58,743 bases of DNA, taken from positions 1-58,743 of the forward strand of contig CAZMFA010000002.1 of the NCBI GenBank assembly GCA_964565515.1, in the 5' to 3' direction. Shown here piece after piece: positions 43,749 to 52,577 of the stretch (positions within the stretch are counted from its first letter, which is position 1; each line of letters opens with the position of its first letter). Source of the stretch: an uncultured Candidatus Saccharibacteria bacterium. GTDB taxonomy: Bacteria; Patescibacteriota; Minisyncoccia; UBA6257; GWB1-50-10. Both the position numbers and the translations under genes were made by a program. The notes under the pieces are model-generated. The model saw nothing but the letters and a program-made list of their open reading frames with translations, made no database searches and was not told the DNA's origin.

Positions 43749-45335
43749 ATGACGATAAGGGAAGAAATAAAGAAGAAATTGAAGGAAGTGGCCGGCCTCG
43801 AGGCTGGATTCTCGGTCGAGGTTCCGGACAGGAAGGTGACCGATGCCGACTATGCGACGAACATCGCTTTTGCGCTTGCAAAACTCGAGAAAAAATCTCC
43901 GCAGGAAGTGGCGAATGAGATCGCTGATTCGTTCCGGCGATCTCCGCTTGGGGCGGTGGACCGGGTGAGCGTTTCGGGAAACGGCTTCATTGATTTTTGG
44001 ATTTCGAAAAAATCGCTTCAGGAGGAAATCGGTGAAATTTTGAAGGCGGGGTCGAAGTACGGTTCTTCCCAATCGATCAAAGGACGCGTGCAAGTCGAGT
44101 TCATATCGGCGAATCCCACGGGGCCCCTTACGCTTGCCAACGGCCGCGGCGGATTTTACGGAACTGCGCTTTCGAATGTCCTTCAGTTCGCCGGCGCCGA
44201 TGTCGAGCGTGAATACTACGTGAATGACAGCGGCAATCAGGTTTTGACGCTCGGGAAGTCGATTCTTGCCGCAGCGGGGTTCGTCGAAGGTTCGGAAGAA
44301 TTCTATCAAGGCGAATACGTCAAAGAATGGGTCGGCAGAAACCGTGCGTTTGTGGAGAAGCATCGGGAGGATCCGGAAGCTGTCGGCGAGCGGGCGGCAG
44401 ACGATTTTTTGGAGGGGATCAAGCACGTCATCGAAGGAAAGTCGGGCATACGTTTCGATCGCTATACTTCGGAGCGGAGTATTCGGAAGAAAAGACTTCC
44501 CGAAGAGGCACTGCGGCTTCTCCGAAAGTCGGGGAAGGTGTACGAGGCCGATGGCGCCGTGTGGCTCAGGACGGCCGACTTCGGCGACGATAAAGACCGA
44601 GTTCTCCTTACCAAAGACAACCTTCCGACGTATTTTTTAGTCGATGCCGGCCATTATCTCGAGACCAAAAAGCGCGGGTTTGACTGGAAGATCAATATTT
44701 TGGGGCCCGACCACTACGGTTACGTGCGGCGGATCCAGGCGGTTGCAGACATTTTAAAATTCAAAAAATCAGACGTTTTGATAACGCAAGCCATTCTCAT
44801 TAAAAAGGGGGAGGAATTCGTGAAGATGTCGAAACGGAGAGGCACGTTCGTCACCTTTGAAAATTTGGTGGACGAAGTCGGTGTCGATGTCGCAAAGTTC
44901 TTCTTCCTTGCGGTCGGTGCGAACTCCCATATCGATTTTGACCTGGATTTGGCGAAGGAGCGTTCGTCGAAAAACCCCGTGTTTTACGCCGAGTACGCCC
45001 TCGTTCGCGCCCGGAAGATCCTCGTGAAGGCCGGCGCTAAGATAAAGGCCAAAGCGAAAGACCTGGGCGCTTTAGATTCAGCTTCCGAGCGCGAACTCAT
45101 GGTTCGCCTCGCATCCTTCCCCGATGTAGTTGCCGAATCAGCGCGTGATTACGAGATCCATCGGCTCACGCGGTATCTTATGGGAGCCGTAAAATCGTTC
45201 CATAATTTTTACGAAGAGGAAAAGGTGATTGGCGGTGAGCATGAGCGGCCGAAGCTCGCTTTGGTCGCCGCGTCCGTTGTTGTTTTCGAGAACACTTTCC
45301 GCCTTTTGGGTATCGTGCCGCCGGAGGAAATGTAG
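43749..45335 (+). CDS. argS: arginyl-tRNA synthetase
   Basis: SANPTGPLTLANGRG (HIGH region) and KMSKRRG. Internal ATG 43749 lies 12 nt after TATACT (43731-43736). Confidence 0.9.
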   Translation: MTIREEIKKKLKEVAGLEAGFSVEVPDRKVTDADYATNIAFALAKLEKKSPQEVANEIADSFRRSPLGAVDRVSVSGNGFIDFWISKKSLQEEIGEILKAGSKYGSSQSIKGRVQVEFISANPTGPLTLANGRGGFYGTALSNVLQFAGADVEREYYVNDSGNQVLTLGKSILAAAGFVEGSEEFYQGEYVKEWVGRNRAFVEKHREDPEAVGERAADDFLEGIKHVIEGKSGIRFDRYTSERSIRKKRLPEEALRLLRKSGKVYEADGAVWLRTADFGDDKDRVLLTKDNLPTYFLVDAGHYLETKKRGFDWKINILGPDHYGYVRRIQAVADILKFKKSDVLITQAILIKKGEEFVKMSKRRGTFVTFENLVDEVGVDVAKFFFLAVGANSHIDFDLDLAKERSSKNPVFYAEYALVRARKILVKAGAKIKAKAKDLGALDSASERELMVRLASFPDVVAESARDYEIHRLTRYLMGAVKSFHNFYEEEKVIGGEHERPKLALVAASVVVFENTFRLLGIVPPEEM

Positions 45336-45371
45336 AGCCGAAATGACTAATTAGAATAATTAGAAATTCTC

Positions 45372-45380
45372 TGCTAAAAT
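45372..45380 (+). promoter_or_regulatory. extended -10 TGCTAAAAT, 8 nt before the ileS ATG (leaderless)
   Basis: TGCTAAAATACCCTTTAATG. Confidence 0.5.
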
Positions 45381-45388
45381 ACCCTTTA

Positions 45389-48300
45389 ATGCTCGATGAT
45401 TTGGATAAATTCTCCTTGCCGGAAACCGAAGAAAAGGTGCTGAAATTCTGGAAAGAAAACGGCATTTTCGAGAAATCGCTCAAGAAGAACAAATCAAAAA
45501 AGAAATTCATTTTCTATGAAGGCCCTCCGACGGCGAACGGCCGGCCGGGGATCCATCACGTGCTTTCCCGCTCATTCAAAGACGTCATTTTGCGCTACAA
45601 GACGATGGCCGGATTTTTCATTCCGCGCCGGGCTGGGTGGGATACGCACGGCCTTCCGGTTGAGATTGAAGTCGAAAAGAAGCTCGGATTGAGATCCAAG
45701 AAGGAGATCGAAGAGTACGGCATTGCGGCGTTCAACAAGAAATGCCGCGAGTCGGTGTGGGAATATAAGGATGAATGGGAGAAAATCACCGAACGCATCG
45801 GATTCTGGCTCGACATGGATCATCCGTACATCACGTACGAGAAGAATTATATGGAGAGCTTGTGGTGGATCTTTTCTCAAGTTCATAAGGAAAAGCTTTT
45901 ATACCAAGGGCACAAGGTCGTGCCGTGGTGCACGCGGTGCGGAACGGCTTTGTCGTCGCACGAGCTCGCGCAGGGATACAAGACGACGGAAGATACGTCT
46001 GTCTACATCAAGTTCAAGCTCCTCCCGGGCCAGACGATCGGCAGGAATTTCACGACCGACGAGAAGACGTATGTCCTTTCGTGGACCACGACGCCCTGGA
46101 CGCTCCCCGGGAATGTCGCCTTGGCCGTCGGTGAATCGATTGAGTACGCCCTCGTTTCCGTCGAGAGCGGGGAAAAATACCTTCTGGCCGTTCCCCGTCT
46201 CGGTATTCTGGAAAGATACGAGATGAAGGCCAAGCTGAAGGGTAAAGATCTCATTGGTCTCAAATATGAGCCGCTCTTCGACGTGCCAAAACTCAAGACA
46301 GAAAAATCGTATAAGGTGTATCCCGCTGGTTTTGTGACGACGGAAGATGGTTCCGGCGTCGTCCATACGGCCGTCATGTACGGTGAGGACGACTATGAGT
46401 TGGGAACGAAGATCGGTTTGTCGAAGCACCATACGGTCAATACCTCGGGAAAATTTACCGCTGATGTTCCGGAGCTTGCGGGGTCATACGTAAAAGCGAA
46501 GGAAACCGAGGAAAAAATATTCGAACTTCTCAAGAGGCGGAACTTTCTCTTAAAGACCGAAAAGTACGAGCACGAGTACCCGTTTTGCTGGCGGTGCGGC
46601 ACGCCAATCCTTTATTACGCCCGTGATTCGTGGTTCATCGGCATGTCGAAGTTGAAGCAGAAGCTTTTGACTTCGAATAAGACGGTGAACTGGGTCCCGA
46701 AGGCCATCAAGAACGGCAGGTTCGGGGGATGGTTGAAGGAGGCCAAGGATTGGGCGATTTCCCGCGAACGGTATTGGGGAACGCCGTTGCCGGTCTGGGT
46801 ATGCGGGAAGTGCGGCGCAACCGAGGTTTTGGGAAGCGTTGCGGAGCTTGAAAAGAAGCTCGGCCGCTCGAAGAATAATTACTGGGTCATGCGTCACGGC
46901 GAGTCCGAAAGCAATGTGAAGGATATTATCGACGCGACGGCGAATCGCTTCCATCTCACGCCGCGCGGCAGGAAGCAGGTGGAGGCGTCGATCAAGAAGT
47001 TCAAGCGAGAACTTTCCCGAAAAGGGAAGAAAATCGATGTCGTTATCACATCTGACATCTTGCGGACGAAGGAAACGGAAGCAATCGATCTTAAAGTGCT
47101 GGGGAACGTTGCGTCGAAGGTGGATAAGCGCCTCGAGGAGATCAAATTGGGGACGGACCTTGCCGGCTGTCACGATGAAAAGTACCACATGCTCTTCCCG
47201 ACCTACCAAGCGAAGTTCGAGCGGCGGCCCGAAGGAGGGGAGTCGGTTCGCGACCTTCGGACGCGCCTCTTCGCGTTCCTCAAGGAGTGCGAGGCGAAAT
47301 ACGAGGGGAAAAATATCCTTCTCGTGACGCACGAATACCCGATTTGGATGCTCTTTCAGGTCGCCGAAGGTTGGACGGAGCGCGAAGCGATCGCCGAAAA
47401 GGAAAGACGAGGTGATGATTTCATAAAATTTGCCGAAGTCCGGAAGCTCGACCTTACGGTGGTCCCCCGGAACGATACCGGCGAGATTGATCTCCATAAG
47501 CCGTATGTAGACGAAGCAGTTTTCAAGTGCCGGTGCGGCGGAACAATGAAGCGGATCTCCGAAGTGGCGGACGTGTGGTTCGATTCCGGATCGATGCCGT
47601 TCGCCGAAGACCACTATCCTTTCGAGAACAAGATGAAGCTCGCGTATCCCGCCGATTACATCGTGGAAGGTATCGATCAAACGCGCGGCTGGTTCTACAC
47701 GCTCCTTGCCGTCGCAACCCTTCTCAAGAAGAAAGCTCCGTACCGGAACGTCGTTTCCCTGGGTCTCGTGCTCGACAAGAACGCCCAAAAGATGTCGAAG
47801 TCCAAGGGAAACACCGTGAGTCCGTGGGACATGATTCAAAAATACGGGGCCGACACCGTTCGGTGGTATTTTTATACCGTGAACGCACCGGGCGAGCCGA
47901 AGCGTTTTGACGAAGCGGATCTCGGGAAGGTGCTCCGCCAGTTCGTCCTCATGATATACAACTCGTACGTCTTTCATCGAACCTACGCGGATAAACATGC
48001 AAAATACAAAGCGCCGACCGCCAAGTCGAACATTCTCGATCGGTGGATCATTACCCGCCTCGATGAGGTTGTTGCCGCCTCAACAAAGGCGCTCAATGCT
48101 TATGACGTCGGGGGAGCCGGCAAATCGATCGAAGAGTTCGTGAACGATCTTTCGCGGTGGTATATCAGGCGTTCGCGGAGGCGTCTCCAAAAACCTGACG
48201 ACAAAAAAGATTACGCCGCCGCGTCAGCGACTCTCGGATACTGCCTCGCGGAGCTCGCGAAACTCATCGCTCCCTTTATGCCGTTTTTCGCCGAATCGCT

Positions 48301-48886
48301 TTATCAATCAGTGTCGCCGAAGGGGAAAACCTCGGTTCATTTGGAAGACTGGCCTAAAATTAATTCAAAATTCGAAATTCGAGATTCGAGATTACTGCGC
48401 GATATGAAAACGATTCGCGATCTGGCGAGCGCGGCGCTCGCGAAGCGCGCCGAATTGGGGATCAAGGTCCGACAGCCCCTCCAGTCGTTGGAAGTGAAAA
48501 ATTTCAAATCAAGAATGAACGAAGAGTTGCTGGCTATTTTGAAAGATGAAATCAACGTGAAGGAAATAATTTTTGACCCCAAACTTAAGGAAGATTTTGT
48601 TCTCGACGCGAATATAACGCCGGAACTCAAGGAAGAGGGAACGGTGCGCGAACTCGTGCGGATGGTCCAAGGTCTCCGTCAGGATGGGGGACTGGCCCCC
48701 AAAGACAGGATTGTTCTGATGCTGGAGGCCGGATTGGAGGTGAAAGGCGTAGTTGAGCGGAATAAGAACGCCATCATGAAAGAAATAAGCGCTTCGGCAA
48801 TCGTCCTGAAGCGCTTCGATAAATTCGACGTCGAGATCGACACGAAGTTCGACGGCGATCAGATTTGGATCGGGATAAAAAAATAG
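45389..48886 (+). CDS. ileS: isoleucyl-tRNA synthetase with an inserted histidine-phosphatase-like domain
   Basis: HIGH (PGIHHV), KMSKS (KMSKSKGN) and editing-domain motifs. About 195 extra residues (aa 496-690) between the CGKCG and CRCGG knuckles carry RHGESESN and LVTHEYPI. Confidence 0.9.
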   Translation: MLDDLDKFSLPETEEKVLKFWKENGIFEKSLKKNKSKKKFIFYEGPPTANGRPGIHHVLSRSFKDVILRYKTMAGFFIPRRAGWDTHGLPVEIEVEKKLGLRSKKEIEEYGIAAFNKKCRESVWEYKDEWEKITERIGFWLDMDHPYITYEKNYMESLWWIFSQVHKEKLLYQGHKVVPWCTRCGTALSSHELAQGYKTTEDTSVYIKFKLLPGQTIGRNFTTDEKTYVLSWTTTPWTLPGNVALAVGESIEYALVSVESGEKYLLAVPRLGILERYEMKAKLKGKDLIGLKYEPLFDVPKLKTEKSYKVYPAGFVTTEDGSGVVHTAVMYGEDDYELGTKIGLSKHHTVNTSGKFTADVPELAGSYVKAKETEEKIFELLKRRNFLLKTEKYEHEYPFCWRCGTPILYYARDSWFIGMSKLKQKLLTSNKTVNWVPKAIKNGRFGGWLKEAKDWAISRERYWGTPLPVWVCGKCGATEVLGSVAELEKKLGRSKNNYWVMRHGESESNVKDIIDATANRFHLTPRGRKQVEASIKKFKRELSRKGKKIDVVITSDILRTKETEAIDLKVLGNVASKVDKRLEEIKLGTDLAGCHDEKYHMLFPTYQAKFERRPEGGESVRDLRTRLFAFLKECEAKYEGKNILLVTHEYPIWMLFQVAEGWTEREAIAEKERRGDDFIKFAEVRKLDLTVVPRNDTGEIDLHKPYVDEAVFKCRCGGTMKRISEVADVWFDSGSMPFAEDHYPFENKMKLAYPADYIVEGIDQTRGWFYTLLAVATLLKKKAPYRNVVSLGLVLDKNAQKMSKSKGNTVSPWDMIQKYGADTVRWYFYTVNAPGEPKRFDEADLGKVLRQFVLMIYNSYVFHRTYADKHAKYKAPTAKSNILDRWIITRLDEVVAASTKALNAYDVGGAGKSIEEFVNDLSRWYIRRSRRRLQKPDDKKDYAAASATLGYCLAELAKLIAPFMPFFAESLYQSVSPKGKTSVHLEDWPKINSKFEIRDSRLLRDMKTIRDLASAALAKRAELGIKVRQPLQSLEVKNFKSRMNEELLAILKDEINVKEIIFDPKLKEDFVLDANITPELKEEGTVRELVRMVQGLRQDGGLAPKDRIVLMLEAGLEVKGVVERNKNAIMKEISASAIVLKRFDKFDVEIDTKFDGDQIWIGIKK

Positions 48887-48912
48887 GAGCGGTCCTTTCA
48901 GAAAACCGCTCC
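48886..48912. terminator. bidirectional terminator hairpin
   Basis: GGAGCGGT-loop-ACCGCTCC between convergent genes. Confidence 0.55.
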
Positions 48913-48922
48913 TTGGTTCAAG

Positions 48923-49108
48923 CTATGCGCCGGTCGTGAGACGCTCGGCCTCTCGAATAATGTCTTTGTGGGACATATCGAGGGCCTTGCGTATGTCTTC
49001 CATTGTTTTCCGTACCTCACCGTTGGCGCCGTTTTTCCTATTGATGGCCAGTCTTATATATTTAAAGACCAGCCCGTCCTTTTCGGCCTTCGTGAGTTTA
49101 TTCTTCAT
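48923..49108 (-). CDS. small hypothetical protein (61 aa)
   Basis: Internal ATG 49108 (MKNKLTKAEKDGLVFKYIRLAINRKNG...). It overlaps the upstream ORF by 11 nt. Confidence 0.35.
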   Translation of the reverse strand: MKNKLTKAEKDGLVFKYIRLAINRKNGANGEVRKTMEDIRKALDMSHKDIIREAERLTTGA

Positions 49109-49553
49109 GGTCGGCCCTTTCTTTATTGTGATTGGGTAGTCGTTCCAGAATTCTGTAGGTTGTAAGGAGAGCCAATCTCCCATACTCGGCTCTCGATCTG
49201 AAGGAGGTGATCCACCGCGTGTCGTAGCCGGCTTTCTTGAGCTCTCGCGCGAGGATGTTGATCGCATCGACGGTCGCATCGTGAACGACGTGTTCCGTCA
49301 GGTCGAGCTGTGCTTGGTCGGCTTTGTCTTTTGAAGGATCGGTGAGTAATTCTTTGTACGCAGCAACACTTTCGGTGTACCGCTCGCAGTACTGGATGGT
49401 GCTGTCGATCAATTTCTTAAGCCCTTCTTCGGCAACTTCTTCTTTCAGCTTCTCGAGATCGACAGGAAGCCGTAATCGTTCGGGGTCACCGAGTTCGCGT
49501 TCCATTTCTTCGAACGTGGATCGATGGTTGATTGAAAAGTCCTCAATGTTCAT
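49098..49553 (-). CDS. hypothetical protein (151 aa)
   Basis: Helical, charged ORF; no motif recognised. Confidence 0.45.
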   Translation of the reverse strand: MNIEDFSINHRSTFEEMERELGDPERLRLPVDLEKLKEEVAEEGLKKLIDSTIQYCERYTESVAAYKELLTDPSKDKADQAQLDLTEHVVHDATVDAINILARELKKAGYDTRWITSFRSRAEYGRLALLTTYRILERLPNHNKERADHEE

Positions 49554-49587
49554 AGTTGCTGTTTTAATAATAACATCGCTGGACTAC

Positions 49588-50577
49588 TTAGTCAAGTGAT
49601 ATGCCTATTTTCTCTTTTATCTCCTTGATTTTTTTCTCGGCGACTGCGTTCGCTTTTTCGTTCCCGGCAGACAGTGTTTTTTTAATGGTGCTCGGGTTCG
49701 CGAGGAGCTCCCGCTTCTTCTCCTGGAACGGCGCGAGGACCCGCACGATGACTTCCGCGAGGTCTTTCTTGAAATCGCCGTACCCCTTTCCCTTGAATCT
49801 GGCTTCGATCTCGTCGATTCGCATGTCCGCCATGGCCGCATAGACGCTCATGAGATTCGAGAGCGCCGGCTTATTTTTCGGGTCGTACTTTATTTCGCTC
49901 CCCGAGTCCGTCACGGCCCGCTGTATTTTTTTGCGGATTACATCCGGTTCATCGTCGAGGAAAAGGCATCCCTGGGGCCGCGATTTGGACATCTTCTTCG
50001 CGGGATCGTCCAGGCTCATGATCCGTTTGGCTTCCGTGAGGATCGGCTCCGGTTCGATGAATGTCTTCCCGAATCTGGCGTTGAACCGGCGGGCGAGCGC
50101 CCGCGCGAGTTCGAGATGCTGGGTTTGATCTTCGCCGATCGGTACGACCGCGGCGCCGTAGAGGAAGACGTCGGCGGCCATGAGGACCGGGTAGTCGAAG
50201 AGCCCCATGTTGATATTCTCCGACTGGCTTTGGGATTTATCCTTAAACTGGGTCATCCGCTTCATTTCGCCGATGGGAGCGAAGTTATTCAGAATGATTG
50301 CGAGTTCGCTGTGCGCCGGCACTTCGGACTGCTGGAAGATAACCGATTTTTTCGGATCGAGGCCGGCCGCCAGGTAATCGGCGACAACGTTCGCGATTTG
50401 ACCGCGCTTTTCCGTCGGGTCGAAATTCTCGGTCAACGAGTGGAGATCGGCGATGAAGAAAAAGCATTGATATTCATCAAGGTTCTGGAGCGTGACGAAA
50501 TTCTTGAGGGATCCCAGGTAATTCCCGATATGCAGTTTTCCCGTCGGCTGGATGCCTGACACGAGTACCGGTTTCAT
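49588..50577 (-). CDS. trpS: tryptophanyl-tRNA synthetase
   Basis: The start MKPVLVSGIQPTGKLHIGNYLG contains the HIGH motif; KMSKS is present. CATAAT lies 6 nt upstream (50589-50584). Confidence 0.9.
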   Translation of the reverse strand: MKPVLVSGIQPTGKLHIGNYLGSLKNFVTLQNLDEYQCFFFIADLHSLTENFDPTEKRGQIANVVADYLAAGLDPKKSVIFQQSEVPAHSELAIILNNFAPIGEMKRMTQFKDKSQSQSENINMGLFDYPVLMAADVFLYGAAVVPIGEDQTQHLELARALARRFNARFGKTFIEPEPILTEAKRIMSLDDPAKKMSKSRPQGCLFLDDEPDVIRKKIQRAVTDSGSEIKYDPKNKPALSNLMSVYAAMADMRIDEIEARFKGKGYGDFKKDLAEVIVRVLAPFQEKKRELLANPSTIKKTLSAGNEKANAVAEKKIKEIKEKIGISLD

Positions 50578-50599
50578 ATATCCATTATGAAATACAACA

Positions 50600-50626
50600 C
50601 CCCCGGAGTCCATAGGATTCCGGGGG
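50600..50626 (-). terminator. intrinsic terminator after rnj
   Basis: 8-bp GC stem CCCCCGGA/TCCGGGGG, followed on the minus strand by TGTTGTATTT. Confidence 0.55.
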
Positions 50627-50699
50627 GCTTCCATGAGCGAATAGTTGCGGGTGGCGTACCCCTCACGAAGGCTAAGACTTAGGCGTCGTCCCGGAGCTT

Positions 50700-52412
50700 T
50701 TATATCTCGATAATGACCGGAAGGACCATCGGCCTTCGTTTTGTCTTGCTGTACAAGAATTGGCCGACTTGGTCCCGAATGAGCGCCTTCAGGTAGTCTG
50801 TGTCCACTTCCTCGCGGCGGGGGATTCTGCCGAAGATGCCGCGCACCTTCCGCCGAATTTCATCCAAAAGCTCTTGGTTTTCGCGGAGGTAAATGAAGCC
50901 GCGCGAAATGATGTCCGGATTTTTCACGACCCGCCCGGTCTTCCGGTCCAAGGTCGTAATGACGACGAACATGCCCTCTTCTGCGAGCAAGAGTCGGTCG
51001 CGGAGGACCACTTCGCCGATATCGCCGACGCCGAGGCCGTCGACCAGAATATAGTTCGCCGGCACGGTTTCTCCCGTTATGACAAACTCGTCTTTCGTGA
51101 GGTTCGCCACTTGACCGTTGTCCATGAGTCGGACGTTTTCCGGCCGCACGCCGGCGCGGACGGCGTTTTGGCCGTTGGCAAATCGCATGAAGTAGTAGCC
51201 GTGGACCGGCATAACGAACTTCGGCCGCAAGGCCCGCATCGCGAGGTCGATATCGTCTTTCATGGCATGTCCGCTTACGTGGATGTCGATGATGGACGAA
51301 GTGTAAACGACCGCGCCTTGCCGCGCCAAATTATCTTTGAGGTTTTGAACGCCGCGCTCGTTCCCCGGAATAACCGAGGAAGAAAAGATGACGGTGTCGC
51401 CGGCTTTAAGCTTGATGTACTTGTGGATCCCAGTCACGATCTTCATGAGGCCGGCGGAAGATTCTCCTTGGGCGCCGGTCGAAAGGATGAGGATCTCGTT
51501 ATCCTTGTACTTGTGGATGTCCTCGACGGCGATCAAGGTATCCTTGTTTTTGGTCTTGATGTAGCCGAGATTTTTCGCGATGAGGACGTTGTCCCGCATC
51601 GATCGGCCGTTGACGGCAACTTTCTTGCCGAGGCGTTCGGCAATCTTCACGATCTCCGCGATCCTCGTCAACATCGAAGAAAAGGTGGCGAGAATAATCC
51701 TGCCTTTCGCTTGCTTGATGAGCATCTCGATGTTCTTTTCGATCACTTTTTCCGAAAGTGAGTGTCCTTCTTCTTCGGCATTTGTGCTGTCCACCATGAA
51801 GGTGTGGACGCCCATATCGCCGATGCGCTTAAAAGTGTCGAGGCCTTGCGGTTCATCCTTCTCGTTGTATTCGATGCGGAAGTCGGCGAAGTGAACAATG
51901 TTCCCGGCCGGCGTTTTCACGACGACGCCGATGGTTTCGGGGATCGTGTGGTCGACGCCGAAGAACTCGAGTTCGATATTCTCGCTGATCTTAAAGCGGT
52001 CGCCGTATCGCACTTCTTGCACCCGGAGGCGCGGTGCATTCGTGAATTCGTTTTGCCGCTTTTCGATGATGGCGCGGGACATCCTCGTGGTGTAGACCGG
52101 CGGATTGCCGAGCTTGCCCATAAGGTAGGGCATGGCACCGATATGATCGTAGTGGGCATGTGTGATCACGACCGCTTTGATCTTTTCTTTCTTTTCCTCG
52201 AGGCACGAGATGTTCGGGATGATGAAATCAACGCCCGGTGTCGTTTCCTCGGGAAACTGGAGGCCCATGTCGATCACAATGATGTCGTTCTTGTATTCGA
52301 TGAACGACATGTTGCGGCCGATTTCTTCAAGTCCGCCGAGGGCCGCAAGGCGGACATGGTCGCCGGACATTTTTTCCGGCAGTTTGGTTGTTTTTACTCC
52401 TCTTGGAGTCAT
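50700..52412 (-). CDS. rnj: ribonuclease J
   Basis: 570 aa; HAHYDHIGA metallo-beta-lactamase motif, beta-CASP region and C-terminal domain; typical length. Confidence 0.85.
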   Translation of the reverse strand: MTPRGVKTTKLPEKMSGDHVRLAALGGLEEIGRNMSFIEYKNDIIVIDMGLQFPEETTPGVDFIIPNISCLEEKKEKIKAVVITHAHYDHIGAMPYLMGKLGNPPVYTTRMSRAIIEKRQNEFTNAPRLRVQEVRYGDRFKISENIELEFFGVDHTIPETIGVVVKTPAGNIVHFADFRIEYNEKDEPQGLDTFKRIGDMGVHTFMVDSTNAEEEGHSLSEKVIEKNIEMLIKQAKGRIILATFSSMLTRIAEIVKIAERLGKKVAVNGRSMRDNVLIAKNLGYIKTKNKDTLIAVEDIHKYKDNEILILSTGAQGESSAGLMKIVTGIHKYIKLKAGDTVIFSSSVIPGNERGVQNLKDNLARQGAVVYTSSIIDIHVSGHAMKDDIDLAMRALRPKFVMPVHGYYFMRFANGQNAVRAGVRPENVRLMDNGQVANLTKDEFVITGETVPANYILVDGLGVGDIGEVVLRDRLLLAEEGMFVVITTLDRKTGRVVKNPDIISRGFIYLRENQELLDEIRRKVRGIFGRIPRREEVDTDYLKALIRDQVGQFLYSKTKRRPMVLPVIIEI

Positions 52413-52525
52413 AATGTTTTGTTTTTTTCTAACGACTTTTATTGAGTACTTGCTAAGCCGCGAGCGGTGAAGGGACCCGCCGGGTGTTTAGCTCTGAAAA
52501 TTATTCGACTTTTTAATTTTCATTG

Positions 52526-52577
52526 TGGGTAGAGAGGGACTTGAACCCTCACGGGATTGCTCCCACAGGCTCCCTTG
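52526..52577 (-). pseudogene. 3' half of a tRNA-Leu(CAA), truncated in the anticodon loop
   Basis: Minus strand reads CAAGG-GAGCC-T-GTGGGAGCAATCCCGT-GAGGG-TTCAAGT-CCCTC-TCTACCC-A. That is an anticodon, 3' anticodon stem, long variable arm, T-arm and acceptor 3' strand. No matching 5' half (GGGTAGA...) is nearby. Confidence 0.5.

Noticed and set aside
46550-47998. Very long antisense ORFs: 482 aa opposite ileS, 327 aa opposite murB (36381-37364), 333 aa opposite rnj (50760-51761) and 338 aa at 3432-4448.
   Set aside because: Each lies fully inside a well-supported gene on the other strand. Their products are low-complexity R/P/G/L-rich sequences without motifs. Such shadow ORFs are expected from codon bias.
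48340-48400. The AT-rich heptamer tract in ileS might be an inserted mobile or intergenic fragment disrupting the gene.
   Set aside because: The reading frame is uninterrupted. The encoded segment (WPKINSKFEIRDSRLLRDMKTIRDL) occupies the position of the usual WP...D..L segment of IleRS. I keep it only as a slippage-prone repeat.
50578-50699. A possible T-box leader upstream of trpS.
   Set aside because: The spacer is only about 120 nt and has no AANNNGGGUGGNACCGCG-like T-box sequence or specifier-loop architecture. It is better explained as the rnj terminator plus a leaderless trpS promoter.
52526-52577. A group I intron or other intervening sequence separating the halves of the tRNA-Leu(CAA).
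   Set aside because: The region upstream on the same strand is the intact tRNA-Leu(CAG) and then the pgi-like CDS. There is no 5' half and no intron-like sequence in the window. A truncation or a distant 5' half are the only options left.
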